Shown here piece after piece: positions 11,440 through 22,020 of a DNA stretch of 64,000 nt. The DNA is taken from the NCBI GenBank assembly GCA_023246355.1, contig JAHFIQ010000001.1, forward strand, positions 350,247 through 414,246, read 5' to 3'. The notes beneath the pieces are model-generated. The model had not been told where the DNA came from. It worked only from the letters and a program-made list of their open reading frames with translations, and ran no database searches. Source of the DNA: Candidatus Uhrbacteria bacterium. Its GTDB lineage: Bacteria; Patescibacteriota; Patescibacteriia; UBA9934; GWF2-40-263. Made by a program: the position numbers and the translations under genes. Every line of letters begins with the position of its first letter. The stretch's first letter is position 1.

Positions 11440-11656
11440 TCAAGCACCCTTTGTTCTTTCCGATCCTTTGACGGGCCTTTCTGTTCTTCTTTAGAGGAGA
11501 ATAGGCTAGGCCCGAATGGAATGGCCATGCTTGGCTCCATTGCAGCACGCAACTGCGCAAGGGAACAACTGAAGAGGCCCCAATCGGCCAAACAATTTCA
11601 TAGCGGAAAGCGCATGAACCCCACACATGCGCTTTTTGCGTTATAATGTCTGCACT

Positions 11657-14035
11657 ATGCAATCTTCAGGAGGACTTGCTTCCCATCTTCGCTCTGCCTC
11701 GCGCGGCCTCATCTTCACCCTTGTTTTTTTGACGCCGCTTTTGGTCGTGCCTTTCACGATCGATCCGCTTGAAATCAACAAGCAGACACTGCTCATGATC
11801 CTGACGCTCTGCGCCACGCTATTGTGGTTTGCCTCCATGCTGGTTGAAAAAAAAGTCAGGCTTGCGCGTGGTTGGATGAACCTGATCCCGCTTCTGTTTG
11901 TGGCCGCGTTTGTGATTCCAGCCCTGTCTTCTGCTGCGCCCTATCTTTCTTGGATTGGAGCACATCGTCAGGAGTATACGTCCGTGGCAACCGCGGTTGC
12001 CTTGGGGCTGCTCATCTATCTCACCGGTAACACATTTCGTGATCGAAGAAGTCATCAGCTCATGCATGGGGTGATGGTAGTCTCCGTGGCGCTCACGGTG
12101 AGCTCGAGCCTCATGGCCTTATTTGGCTTGCCTCTTTTTGGATCGCTCACGAGCGTTCTGGCCTTCAATACGGTCGGAACTCTCACGAACTTCACCACGT
12201 TTCTCGTAGTGGTTACGTCTTTCTTTCTTGCCTCTTTTATTTCTCACAAAGAAGGTGATTCGATTCTGAACGACGGCGTATTTGGTGTTCTCGAGCGCTG
12301 CCTGATCGTGTTGGTAACGCTTTCAACATTCTTTTTTCTTTTGGTCGTGGATAGCAGCCAGCTCTGGCTTCTGTTTGTGCTCTCGATCATGAGTGTGTTT
12401 CTCTTTGTTTTTTTTCGTGCGCAAGATTTTTCTAGTCGTACACGACTCCTGTTTCCCGTTGTTCTTCTGTTGTGCGCCATCCCATTTTGGTTCTGGCTTC
12501 CAGGTCTTCACTTCTCGCAGATTCCTCTTGAGGTGACACTCAACAATGAAAGTTCTCTTTCCATCGCAGAAAAAACATTGCAGACCTATTCCAGCAACAC
12601 AGGTACAGGACCAGGAACGTACTTGTTTGATTTTGCGCAGTTCCATGATGCAGCTCTCAACGAGACGGATTTTTGGAATACGCGTTTTGATCGCGCTTCC
12701 TCCCATGTGCTCACGCTCCTGCCAACGCTTGGAGTTTTGGGTGTCACGCTGCTCTCTCTGTTTGTGCTCTTTCTCTTGCTACGATCGGTTCATCAAGTTG
12801 TGAAACCTCGGTCGCGTGAGGCATGGCTGGAAAGTTTTGTGCATCTCACACCTTGGCTCATCCTTGTCATTTCTGCGTTCTTGGTTTCTTGGAACATGAC
12901 GCTCACGATCAGCTTTGGGTTTTTTTCAGGACTACTCATCTCACAAGTCATGCGGCCTGAAGCAGGCCGTTCGTTTGATCGGTCACCTGGAGCCGCGCTT
13001 GTGTGTTCTTTTTTCTTTTTGTGCCTGACGCTCGTGCTTCTGGTTGGGGTTTTTCTGACAACCGAGCGCTACGCGGCTGAGATCGCGTTTGCCAAAGCGG
13101 TCAAACTTGATCGAGCAGGCATGGATTTGCAGGAAGTGGTGACACAGCTCGATCGCGCCACCACGCTCAACAAATATCACGACACGTATGATCGCAATCT
13201 TGCTGAGGCGCTGTTGCTTCGGGTGGGGGAGGAACTTTCATCTGTGAGTTCAATTGAGACACTCACTCCAGAGTCCGCTCAGTATGTCCAGGCCTTGATC
13301 GCAGCATCCGTGAACGCGGCCACACAGGCCACAACTCTTTCTCCCAACAATGTGTTGAATTGGCTGACGCGTGGGATGGTGTATCGAGAATTGGTTCCGG
13401 TCATGGGAGAAGCATCTGACTTTGCGATTGAGAGCTATACCAAAGCTACAGAACTCGAGAGCGTGAATCCGTCCAACTGGGTTGAGCTTGGAAAAACGTA
13501 CCTGGTTGCAGCAGAAGCCGTTCGTCCTTTGACGCTGGCACAAGATGAAGCTGCTGCCACACAGGCGCAGTCAACTCTTGCCGACTATCTGACACAGGCA
13601 GAATCCGCTTTTCAAAAAGCTATCGAGCTCAAACCCAACTACGCTCCTGCACATTTTCAACTCGCGCTCACCTACGTGGCTCAGGGACGACTCGATGATG
13701 CGGTTGCGAAAATGGAAAGCGTCGCTGCCTATAATCCCCTGGACGTTGGTGTGCAGTTTCAGTTAGGTGTTCTGTATCTCAAACGTGGTCAAGATGGCGA
13801 CCTCTCAAAAGCCCAAGCCGCATTTGAAAACACGATCAAGCTCTCACCTGAATACAGCAACGCGCATTGGTTTCTCTCATCGATCTATGAAGGCCAAGGC
13901 GATCTTGCGCGGGCTGTCCAAGAAGTGGAAACCGTCCTTGAACTGAATCCTGGAAACGACTTGGTGGAGGCGCGACTGCAAAAGCTCCTTGCCGGCCAAG
14001 TCAGTGAGGAGACCCCAGAAGTTCTTGAAGAGTAA
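11657..14035 (+). CDS. Polytopic membrane protein with C-terminal TPR repeats (O-antigen ligase/Wzy_C-like + TPR)
   Basis: About 12 TM segments, 'GTGPGTY' loop, TPR motifs 'FQKAIELKPNYAPAHFQLA'. Confidence 0.7.
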   Translation: MQSSGGLASHLRSASRGLIFTLVFLTPLLVVPFTIDPLEINKQTLLMILTLCATLLWFASMLVEKKVRLARGWMNLIPLLFVAAFVIPALSSAAPYLSWIGAHRQEYTSVATAVALGLLIYLTGNTFRDRRSHQLMHGVMVVSVALTVSSSLMALFGLPLFGSLTSVLAFNTVGTLTNFTTFLVVVTSFFLASFISHKEGDSILNDGVFGVLERCLIVLVTLSTFFFLLVVDSSQLWLLFVLSIMSVFLFVFFRAQDFSSRTRLLFPVVLLLCAIPFWFWLPGLHFSQIPLEVTLNNESSLSIAEKTLQTYSSNTGTGPGTYLFDFAQFHDAALNETDFWNTRFDRASSHVLTLLPTLGVLGVTLLSLFVLFLLLRSVHQVVKPRSREAWLESFVHLTPWLILVISAFLVSWNMTLTISFGFFSGLLISQVMRPEAGRSFDRSPGAALVCSFFFLCLTLVLLVGVFLTTERYAAEIAFAKAVKLDRAGMDLQEVVTQLDRATTLNKYHDTYDRNLAEALLLRVGEELSSVSSIETLTPESAQYVQALIAASVNAATQATTLSPNNVLNWLTRGMVYRELVPVMGEASDFAIESYTKATELESVNPSNWVELGKTYLVAAEAVRPLTLAQDEAAATQAQSTLADYLTQAESAFQKAIELKPNYAPAHFQLALTYVAQGRLDDAVAKMESVAAYNPLDVGVQFQLGVLYLKRGQDGDLSKAQAAFENTIKLSPEYSNAHWFLSSIYEGQGDLARAVQEVETVLELNPGNDLVEARLQKLLAGQVSEETPEVLEE

Positions 14036-14089
14036 AAGACGGTTGATAGATTTTTGAGAATCTAGTATTCTTTTGGCCGTGACATCCAG

Positions 14090-14165
14090 GGGCCGTTAGC
14101 GCAGTTGGTAGCGCGTTTCCATGGCATGGAAAAGGTCATCGGTTCGAATCCGATACGGTCCACCA
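14090..14165 (+). tRNA. tRNA-Ala(GGC)
   Basis: Cloverleaf, anticodon arm TTTCC-AT-GGC-AT-GGAAA, G3:U70, encoded CCA. Confidence 0.95.
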
Positions 14166-14210
14166 AAAAAAGACTGCTGTTGCAGCCTTTTTTTGTTTTG
14201 GGCGAGACTC

Positions 14211-14239
14211 TTGACGGATTGCCCTTTTTCCATTATTCT
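14211..14239 (+). promoter_or_regulatory. Putative sigma70 promoter
   Basis: TTGACG-N17-TATTCT upstream of the orphan ORF. Confidence 0.45.
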
Positions 14240-14307
14240 CTCCAAGTTCCGGTCTTGCGACAGCCGGTTCGATCCCAACCATGCCGCAATTTCCTCAGAG
14301 GTTCCCC

Positions 14308-15369
14308 ATGTCTGCAACCCAGGCAGAGTCCGATTCGCGTCCGCCCTTCGTGCGTCCCAGCTCGATTGGCGACATCGTTCTTGGCATGTCCTTCACCGTC
14401 GAGGAGGAAGGCGAAGCCGTCACCCTGACCTTCGAGCCGCAAGCGCAGAAGGCGTTCTCGCGCTCGAGTTTTCAGGAGGTCTTCGGCAACTGTGGAGTCG
14501 TGCTGGTCAACGGCAAGTACCGACTGCTTGTCAGTGAGCAGGAGGTTCTCGCCTTCGAGGCTCCTGAGGGTCTGGAAAACAAGGACCGCCTGATCGATGG
14601 CCAGTTCGGACAGGTCGTCGAAGGGTTCTTCCGCCAGGTCGTCGAGGGCTACCAGGGATTCCCCAGTGACGAGATGCTCGAGCAGCTCGTGGGTCGCTCA
14701 ATCGATGCTGCGTTCATCGCGCTTACGGGGGACGATCCGCTCAAGGAGTCCCTGCGGCTTCCCACGCGCCAGCAGCTCATCGACATGAAGGTCCAGGGCG
14801 GCTGTGCCTCGTGCGATTTCACGGATCCGATGGCGGGCGTCATGGCAGCGCTCAGGGGCGAGCCGCCTTCCAAGTCCTCGTTCTTGCCCGGTGTCATCGA
14901 GGTGTCGGGCATCCGTCTGCGCGCGATCGAGAACGGTGATGCGCTCGACCTGGTGGTGGGATATCTCGACCACGAGAACGTGTTCGAAGACTACTTCCAC
15001 AGTCACCTGGCCGCGCTCATGCGGGAACGTCTTCCGCAGGCCGTCGACGCACAGGTCCGCCGTCAGCTCGTAGGAATCGAGCTCACGCGCCGCATCATCA
15101 ACCGGGTCTCCGAGGCCACGTACGCCCGCTTCGAGATCGATCCGGACGAAGTGCAGCGGATGGCCGATGAGGAAGAACAGAAGGTCCGGGATGCTCTTGC
15201 TGCCAGGCGCGAAGCCGCCTCCCAGAGGCGTGGTGGCCTTCGGTTCATGACCCTCGGTCCCGATGGGTTCCAGGATCTGGACGGCAATTCGCTGGAAGGC
15301 GATCCGTTCGCTTTCGAAGAAGGATCGGAGGAAACGGAGAACGAGCTCGACGCTCCCACGCAGGAGTAG
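14308..15369 (+). CDS. Hypothetical protein
   Basis: Long ORF rich in C/G-ending codons, GAGG SD before ATG, followed by a hairpin and T tract. Confidence 0.7.
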   Translation: MSATQAESDSRPPFVRPSSIGDIVLGMSFTVEEEGEAVTLTFEPQAQKAFSRSSFQEVFGNCGVVLVNGKYRLLVSEQEVLAFEAPEGLENKDRLIDGQFGQVVEGFFRQVVEGYQGFPSDEMLEQLVGRSIDAAFIALTGDDPLKESLRLPTRQQLIDMKVQGGCASCDFTDPMAGVMAALRGEPPSKSSFLPGVIEVSGIRLRAIENGDALDLVVGYLDHENVFEDYFHSHLAALMRERLPQAVDAQVRRQLVGIELTRRIINRVSEATYARFEIDPDEVQRMADEEEQKVRDALAARREAASQRRGGLRFMTLGPDGFQDLDGNSLEGDPFAFEEGSEETENELDAPTQE

Positions 15370-15434
15370 CTGAAAACGTGCCCGCGACCTGAAGGTTGCG
15401 GGTTTTCTCTTTGAAACGTTATACTGCCGTCACT

Positions 15435-16511
15435 ATGTTGCAAGTTGGTATCGTAGGACTCCCAAACGTCGGCAAGTCCACGCTGTTTAAAACCCTCACG
15501 AAAAAGCAGGTTGACTGCGCGAATTTTCCGTTTTGTACGATTGAGCCCAATGTCGGAGTGGTTGAGGTGCCTGATGAGCGGATCAAAAAATTAGCGGAGA
15601 TTTCGAAATCGGAAAAAATCATTCCAACCGCGATTGAGTTTGTGGACATCGCGGGCCTTGTGAAAGGAGCACACAAAGGAGAGGGACTAGGCAATAAGTT
15701 TTTGGCAAACATTCGTGAAGTCGACATGATCGTTCATGTGGTGCGAGCATTCCATGACGAGAATGTTCATCATGTGGAAGCTGGCATTGATCCTGCCCGA
15801 GACGTGGAGACGATTGAAATCGAGCTAGCCATGGCAGACATCGGGACCGTTGAAAAGCGGTTGGAAACCGTGCGGGGAAAAATGAAAGCAGGTGTGACAA
15901 AGGATTTGGAGAACGAAGAGTCGGCGCTTTCAAAAATGTTTTCCGTGCTCCAGACAGGAAAAATGGCCAACACGGTCGAGCTCACAGAGGACGAAGAAAA
16001 GATGGTCGCAGACATGAGCTTGCTTACACGAAAGCCGATTTTGTATGTGGTGAATGTGGACGAAGTAACGGCGGCTGACAAGAACTGGAAGAGTCCCTTG
16101 GGCGCAGAGCGTTTGGCGATTCCCGTGAGTATCAAAGTCGAATCAGAGATCGTCGAGATGAGCGTTGATGACCAGCAGATGTTCCTCTCAGAGCTTGGGC
16201 TTGCACAGTCAGGACTCGACCGATTAATCGCCAAATGCTATGAGCTGTTGAACCTGATCACATTTTTTACCTCCGGAGAAAAAGAATCCCGCGCTTGGAC
16301 GATTCAGCGCGGCTGGTTGGCTCCCCAAGCTGCTGGGGTGATCCATACCGATTTTGAAAAAGGATTTATTCGTGCTGAGGTGATTGGCTATGAAGATTTT
16401 GTTGCTTGCAACGGCGAAGTCGGGGCTCGTGACACAGGCAAGCTTCGTGTTGAGGGAAAAAGCTATGTGATGCAAGACGGCGACGTGTGTCATTTTAGAT
16501 TTAGTACGTAG
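15435..16511 (+). CDS. ychF: Redox-regulated ATPase YchF
   Basis: [46 protein letters not shown]. Confidence 0.97.
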   Translation: MLQVGIVGLPNVGKSTLFKTLTKKQVDCANFPFCTIEPNVGVVEVPDERIKKLAEISKSEKIIPTAIEFVDIAGLVKGAHKGEGLGNKFLANIREVDMIVHVVRAFHDENVHHVEAGIDPARDVETIEIELAMADIGTVEKRLETVRGKMKAGVTKDLENEESALSKMFSVLQTGKMANTVELTEDEEKMVADMSLLTRKPILYVVNVDEVTAADKNWKSPLGAERLAIPVSIKVESEIVEMSVDDQQMFLSELGLAQSGLDRLIAKCYELLNLITFFTSGEKESRAWTIQRGWLAPQAAGVIHTDFEKGFIRAEVIGYEDFVACNGEVGARDTGKLRVEGKSYVMQDGDVCHFRFST

Positions 16512-17665
16512 ATATCTCTCCCCACCAGCTGATCGTTTCGGTGATACAAAAAGGGTGATTCAACGCGGTAGCCGAGTTTCGTTAGCATGTTCTCAAGTGA
16601 CAGGCGGTACCAGGTGCCGTCTTTTTGTTTGAAGGCTGGGAAGGCGACCACGGCGCGGCCGGATGGTTTTAAGAGAGGCTTGAGTGCCGTGAAGGAAGAT
16701 TCGTAGAGGGCCATGAGTTCGTGTTCGATTTTTTTGTTCTCTTGATCAGTGAGTGGTCGTGATCGTGGAGATCCCAAAAAGACTTCTGTGACGATGAGAT
16801 CTACAGGGTCAAAGATAAGACTCTGAAGCTTAGAGGCAGGACACGTGTGAATGATAAGATTCGGAGTCTGAAGTTGAAATTCTTTTGTCAGCCAAGAAAG
16901 ATTTTTTTTCGTATCGAGCATGGCTGTTTCGGAGATGTCGCTCCCGATGAGAGACGCAAATCCCATCAGCGCTGCTTCCATGAGTACGGTTCCAGATCCA
17001 CAGAATGGATCCAACAGCGTGGCTCCTTCTGGATTTACTCCTGAGAGGTTGATCATGAGTCGTGCGAGTTTGGGTGGAAGCATCCCAGACTTGGCATTGC
17101 GAGCTGGTCGGCCAAAGTCGCGGTGTTCCCAGGCGCGGAAATCTTGGATGGTTTCAGTTTGGCCGATCAAAATTTTTCCAGGAGCGGCGAGGAGCACATA
17201 CTCCCCACCGGAGGCGAGCAAGCCATTGGTTTCAATCACGGCTGAGGAAAGTCGTGGTTCACGGGCCTTCACATAGCGCACCGGCCGACCCGATGCTTTG
17301 AGATGCTTTTTGATTTCTTGGCCAAGGGCGTCAACCTCTTTTTCAAGAGCACGTGTGAGTGGTGCATCGCCAAGATCATAAACGGAAAGCCCAAATGAGA
17401 TTTTATTTTTTCCAACGGCGTCTTGAGCTTGTGCCGCGATCAGCGCGGCTGTGCTTTCAAGCTCCCACTGTTTGAGCTCTCCGATGACATGTCCGATCTT
17501 GACCACACCCGAGAGTCGATCTTGCAAGGCGCTCGCATTCTCGCTGCCAGATTCAATTACAACAACCGAGCGTGACTGATGGATAGGATCAAAACGATCC
17601 TGCATCACGGCCCTGAGCTCGGACAGACAGAGTTCTTGTTGGGAACCCAAGACAAAAAACATCAT
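16490..17665 (-). CDS. Trm11/UPF0020-family SAM-dependent RNA methyltransferase
   Basis: 'GMLPPKLARLMINL...LLDPFCGSGT' motifs. Confidence 0.8.
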   Translation of the reverse strand: MMFFVLGSQQELCLSELRAVMQDRFDPIHQSRSVVVIESGSENASALQDRLSGVVKIGHVIGELKQWELESTAALIAAQAQDAVGKNKISFGLSVYDLGDAPLTRALEKEVDALGQEIKKHLKASGRPVRYVKAREPRLSSAVIETNGLLASGGEYVLLAAPGKILIGQTETIQDFRAWEHRDFGRPARNAKSGMLPPKLARLMINLSGVNPEGATLLDPFCGSGTVLMEAALMGFASLIGSDISETAMLDTKKNLSWLTKEFQLQTPNLIIHTCPASKLQSLIFDPVDLIVTEVFLGSPRSRPLTDQENKKIEHELMALYESSFTALKPLLKPSGRAVVAFPAFKQKDGTWYRLSLENMLTKLGYRVESPFLYHRNDQLVGRDIYVLNLK

Positions 17666-17899
17666 AATGCATGGTCACTCCTAAACTCGATGAGATTGCG
17701 TTGAACGGGGAAGCCAGCCGCCGAGGCGTAGCGAAAGCTACGATGAGGTGGTGGCGGGGCCCCGTGAAACGCAAGATCGCGAGTTTAGGAGTGGCCATTC
17801 TTGACCATTTTAGCAAAGATCGTTACAGTCTACGCGTTAAATCATTTATCTGTCCATAGCCCCTCTGGGCTGTTCGGGACCACCCGGACCAGAAACATT

Positions 17900-18424
17900 A
17901 TGAACCAGTACGAACTTTTAACCATTGTGCCGACGCTCTACACAGACGTGGAGATCGCTGGCATCTCAGGGGAGATCACCGCGCTTCTTAAAAGCATGGG
18001 TGCACAGGTTTTGCGAGAAGAGAACCTTGGCAAGATTCGTCTTGCCTACCCGATCAAGTCCCAGCATCATGGTTCCTATCTCCTCGTCCATTTTGATGCA
18101 GAGCCTTCTGTGATCTCGGAGTTGAACCGCAAGCTCGGTTTGACCGACTCGATCCTGCGCCACCTGTTGCTTGAACGTGCTCCTGGGGCACTTGAGAAAA
18201 AATTTGAACTCACGTCTTATGTAGCACCTCTTTCCGAGGAAGCAAAGAAAGAACGTGAGAGTACCCCTCGTCGCGCCCCAGCAAAGCCAAGTTTTCACCG
18301 AGAGCTCACGGCGCAGGCACCGGCATCCGTCGCCCAGCCTCGTGACGTGGCACCGATGTCCATGGAAGAGTTGGATAAAAAGCTTGATAAGATTCTGGAA
18401 GGCGATGTGGCAGAGAACATTTAA
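17900..18424 (+). CDS. rpsF: 30S ribosomal protein S6
   Basis: 'YELLTIV', 'LGKIRLAYPIK'; rpsF-ssb-rpsR order. Confidence 0.93.
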   Translation: MNQYELLTIVPTLYTDVEIAGISGEITALLKSMGAQVLREENLGKIRLAYPIKSQHHGSYLLVHFDAEPSVISELNRKLGLTDSILRHLLLERAPGALEKKFELTSYVAPLSEEAKKERESTPRRAPAKPSFHRELTAQAPASVAQPRDVAPMSMEELDKKLDKILEGDVAENI

Positions 18425-18433
18425 TCTCACGGT

Positions 18434-18907
18434 ATGTATTCATTGAATCGAGCAACGCTCATTGGAAATCTGACGCGCGACCCAGAAGTGAAAACGATTC
18501 CTTCAGGTCAAAAAGTTTGTACCTTTGGCATGGCGACCAATCGCTCCTGGACCGGCACCGATGGGAAGAAGCAAGAAGCCACAGAGTTTCACAATGTGGT
18601 CGCATGGGGAAAGCTCGCGGACATTTGTGGATCGTATCTTGGGAAGGGACGCAAAGTGTACATCGAAGGGAGATTGCAAACGCATGACTGGGATGGCCAA
18701 GACGGCGTGAAGCGTTACCGCACGGAGATTATTTGCGAGAACATGATTATTCTCGATCGCGCCTCCGGCTCCTCTGCTCCCTCTACCACCTCGTCTCCCT
18801 TTTCTCCCTCATCCACCTCTCCGTTCACTCCACCCAAGGCTCCCATCAAAGACGACCCAGCTCCTAATCCAGATGACGAAATTCGTATTGAAGATATTCC
18901 TTTCTAA
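18434..18907 (+). CDS. ssb: Single-stranded DNA-binding protein
   Basis: 'LNRATLIGNLTRDPE', C-terminal 'EDIPF'. Confidence 0.97.
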   Translation: MYSLNRATLIGNLTRDPEVKTIPSGQKVCTFGMATNRSWTGTDGKKQEATEFHNVVAWGKLADICGSYLGKGRKVYIEGRLQTHDWDGQDGVKRYRTEIICENMIILDRASGSSAPSTTSSPFSPSSTSPFTPPKAPIKDDPAPNPDDEIRIEDIPF

Positions 18908-18909
18908 AT

Positions 18910-19140
18910 ATGGAACAAAAATCACAACCAGGAAAAAAAGAAAAGAAGTGCTTCTTCTGCTACAACAACATTCAGGATGTCGACTATAAGGACGTGAACA
19001 TCCTGCGTCGATTCCTGTCTTCGTTTGCCAAGATCGTTCCACGCAAACGTTCCAAGGTTTGCATGACGCATCAGAGACAACTCACCAGCGCCATCAAACG
19101 CTCACGAATTATGGCTTTGATCCCGTTCGTGCAAAGGTAA
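18910..19140 (+). CDS. rpsR: 30S ribosomal protein S18
   Basis: 'CFFC...DYKDV..LRRF', 'HQRQLTSAIKRSR'. Confidence 0.96.
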   Translation: MEQKSQPGKKEKKCFFCYNNIQDVDYKDVNILRRFLSSFAKIVPRKRSKVCMTHQRQLTSAIKRSRIMALIPFVQR

Positions 19141-19142
19141 GC

Positions 19143-19940
19143 ATGCTGTCCTTTGATGACATCAATCACCGTCTGTCTCTATGGCAGACGGTAGAAAACC
19201 AAATCCACGCGTTTTTTCAAGCGCGTGGTTTTGTTCATGTCCGTACGCCGCTCTTGGTACGCTCACCTGGAATGGAACCCAACCTTGATCCACTCGAGGT
19301 TTCAGTAAACGGAGAGCGCCACGCGCTCATCACCAGTCCCGAGTATGCAATGAAAAAGTTGATGGCCTCAGGTCTGGAAAAGATCTACACCATCACGCCA
19401 GTCTTTCGCAATCACGAAGGCGGCAAGCACAACACCCCTGAGTTCACCATGCTGGAGTGGTATGCGCCTGGCAGCTACGAAGATTTGATGAGAGAAACAG
19501 AAGAGCTTCTGAAGTTCGTGCTCGAAGATAAGTCCCCTTGGTCTTGTTTGTCCTATCAGGAAGCCAACGTCGATTCCTTCGGCGACCCGCACACAGACGC
19601 AAAACGGTTTTTTGTGACGCGCTATCCAAAAGAGCAAGCATCGCTCGCACGGATTTCGGATGACGGTTCCTACGCGGAACGTTTTGAGGCGTTTGGAGAT
19701 GGGATGGAATTGTGTAACGGGTTCTGTGAGTTGCTGGATCCCATCGAGCAGCGACGTCGATTTCTCCAAGAACAAGAAGAGCGTCGGCAAATAGGCAAAA
19801 CCGTGTTTCCCATCGATGAAGAATTTCTTCAGGCCCTGGGAAAAATCAAAGGTCCGATCTACGGAAACGCGTTGGGAGTTGACCGGCTCGTCATGCTCAA
19901 GTATGCTGTTGCCGACATTCATGATATTCGACTGTTTTAA
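19143..19940 (+). CDS. epmA: EF-P lysine aminoacylase EpmA/GenX (compact)
   Basis: 'LITSPEYAMKKL', 'FRN.E...HNTPEFTMLEWY', 'AERFE', 'ALGVDRLVM'; adjacent to efp. Confidence 0.88.
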   Translation: MLSFDDINHRLSLWQTVENQIHAFFQARGFVHVRTPLLVRSPGMEPNLDPLEVSVNGERHALITSPEYAMKKLMASGLEKIYTITPVFRNHEGGKHNTPEFTMLEWYAPGSYEDLMRETEELLKFVLEDKSPWSCLSYQEANVDSFGDPHTDAKRFFVTRYPKEQASLARISDDGSYAERFEAFGDGMELCNGFCELLDPIEQRRRFLQEQEERRQIGKTVFPIDEEFLQALGKIKGPIYGNALGVDRLVMLKYAVADIHDIRLF

Positions 19941-20004
19941 TTGTTTGAAGATTTCTCTTCGCACCTCATCCACCTTTTCCACCTCATCCATCTTTCCCTC
20001 AAGT

Positions 20005-20571
20005 ATGGCAAGTCCAAACGATATTAAACGAGGTAGCGTGTTGAATCGCAATGGCGAACTTTGGATTGTGATTGAGTTTCAGCGCGTGAGTCCTGGGAAA
20101 GGATCTTCGTTTGTCCGCACACGTCTCAAGAATTTGAAATCAGGAAAAGTGAAAGAAGAAAATTTGAAGTCCGCCGAGAACGTAGACTTCGAGGATGTGC
20201 AGTACAAAAAAATGCAGTATCTTTTCAGTGAAGGAAATTTTTACACGTTCATGGATAACGCGACCTACGAACAAGTGTCCATGTCCAGGGACGACATTGG
20301 TGACGTGGCTGGATATCTCAAGGAAGGCCTCGATGTCACGATCGTGATGCATGAGGGGTTGGCTCTTACGGTTGACCTTCCACAAAAAATTCAATACAAA
20401 GTGACCTACACAGAACCGGCGGTCAAAGGCGATACGGCCTCAGGGAATGTCACCAAGGACGCCAAACTCGATAACGGACTGACCGTGCGAGTCCCCGTGT
20501 TTATCAACGAGGGGGACGAGATTCTCATCAATACCGAAAGCGGCGCGTACGCAGAAAGAGTCAGTAAATAG
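20005..20571 (+). CDS. efp: Elongation factor P
   Basis: 'PGKGSSFVRTRLKN', 'EPAVKGDTA', 'VPVFINEGD'. Confidence 0.97.
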   Translation: MASPNDIKRGSVLNRNGELWIVIEFQRVSPGKGSSFVRTRLKNLKSGKVKEENLKSAENVDFEDVQYKKMQYLFSEGNFYTFMDNATYEQVSMSRDDIGDVAGYLKEGLDVTIVMHEGLALTVDLPQKIQYKVTYTEPAVKGDTASGNVTKDAKLDNGLTVRVPVFINEGDEILINTESGAYAERVSK

Positions 20572-20733
20572 CGTAAAAAGACCGGCCATCGTTTGACAGA
20601 CGGCCGGTTTTTTGATACGCTCGGTGCCTTACGTGGCTGGTAACTGAAGCATGCTACCAATCCTGGTACTGCGTATGTTCTACTGGTTCACGAGGGCCGA
20701 CGAGGGACGGAGTTCCTTCACCATGGAGCTGCC

Positions 20734-21939
20734 ATGAGCAGCGATCTGCAGAGACTCCGCGCCGCCGCGGAGCCGTTCAAGTCCTTCCCCAAAGCCGTCG
20801 CTGTCGTCGTGCGCGCGATGTTCGACAAGGGCGCGACGAAGGTCAAGGTCATCTACGATTTCGTAGTGACGAATGAGTCTGTGCTGTTGCGCATCAACTG
20901 CGATGTTCGGTGGTGCACCCGTGAGGACAGAATCCAAGCTTTGGAAGCTGAATTGGATCATTGGCCTGCCTGGGCGCTCGCGTACGTCCATCATGCCAAG
21001 ACATACACAACTTCGGCCAATGAGTTCGAGTTCAACCAACTCAGTCTCGGCGAAGGCGTCAACAAGAAGCAGATTCGGACGGCCAGGCTGCTCGTGAACG
21101 AACTGCCGCGATTGCTTTCGCCGCGCGAGGCATTCGCGACCACGGTCGTGGATGAGACGGGCAAGACGTTCACCCTCGTCAAGGGTCTGCACGAGACCAC
21201 GGCGGACGGATACACGATCAGCTGTCCGGAGCGGATGGTGAGCTGGGGAACGGACGGACTCGTGCTCAAGTATGGTGCGGTGCGCGTGCCGATTGGGAAG
21301 TTCCTCTCGAAGGTTCAACTCTCCAACGAAGAGCACGAGCGACTTCGCATTTTCACGCATCCTTGGGCGAATGGAGTGATCGAGATCACGCCAACCAAGG
21401 ACGGTGGTAAGACCGCGCGAGTGCCAACGGAGGCGTCAGGGGATTTCGACAGTACGTGGTACGAGAAATCGGAAATGTACTACTTCCCTGGCCTGCATGG
21501 TGGCGCTGCTGCGCTGGCTCTGGTACTGATTGCTGCAGCTGTTCCCGAAGAGGTCAGTCAGCAGATTGGAAAGCTGGTTACGAGTACCATGAGGGATTTC
21601 GTCGGCAGCGATCACGAGTTCGTACTCGACGACCATCGCTACTTCGTCAAGTGCGCAAATTCGACGGAGGTCAGGCATTTGGCGGATCGAGTCCTCTCGC
21701 GGGATCCGTTCCCATCCTCGGCAGGAGTCACGAATCTGCTGCTGGACGTCACCCACCCGGTGTTCCGTACGGTCGATCCGATCAACAGCGAGGTCATGCA
21801 AGTGATCTGGTGGCAGCTGGCGATGTGGATCCAGCTCAACCAGCCCGAAGTGTTCAAGAACGAGCCTGATCCGCAGACGCGCTGTGTGAAGATCTACCTC
21901 GCCTTGCGCGCGCAGAATCCCCAACGCTGGGACGAGTAG
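20734..21939 (+). CDS. Hypothetical protein, possible degenerate GHKL/Hsp90-like fold
   Basis: 401-aa ORF with GGAG SD, upstream TTGACA-N17-TACGCT and downstream hairpin; fold guess from motif resemblance only. Confidence 0.6.
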   Translation: MSSDLQRLRAAAEPFKSFPKAVAVVVRAMFDKGATKVKVIYDFVVTNESVLLRINCDVRWCTREDRIQALEAELDHWPAWALAYVHHAKTYTTSANEFEFNQLSLGEGVNKKQIRTARLLVNELPRLLSPREAFATTVVDETGKTFTLVKGLHETTADGYTISCPERMVSWGTDGLVLKYGAVRVPIGKFLSKVQLSNEEHERLRIFTHPWANGVIEITPTKDGGKTARVPTEASGDFDSTWYEKSEMYYFPGLHGGAAALALVLIAAAVPEEVSQQIGKLVTSTMRDFVGSDHEFVLDDHRYFVKCANSTEVRHLADRVLSRDPFPSSAGVTNLLLDVTHPVFRTVDPINSEVMQVIWWQLAMWIQLNQPEVFKNEPDPQTRCVKIYLALRAQNPQRWDE

Positions 21940-22020
21940 TCCCTACGGCTCCGATGTGACGTCGGAGCTTTTCTATTTGAAAAGCCACCTCAATGAGGCG
22001 GCTGGCGTTTCGTGTGACTA

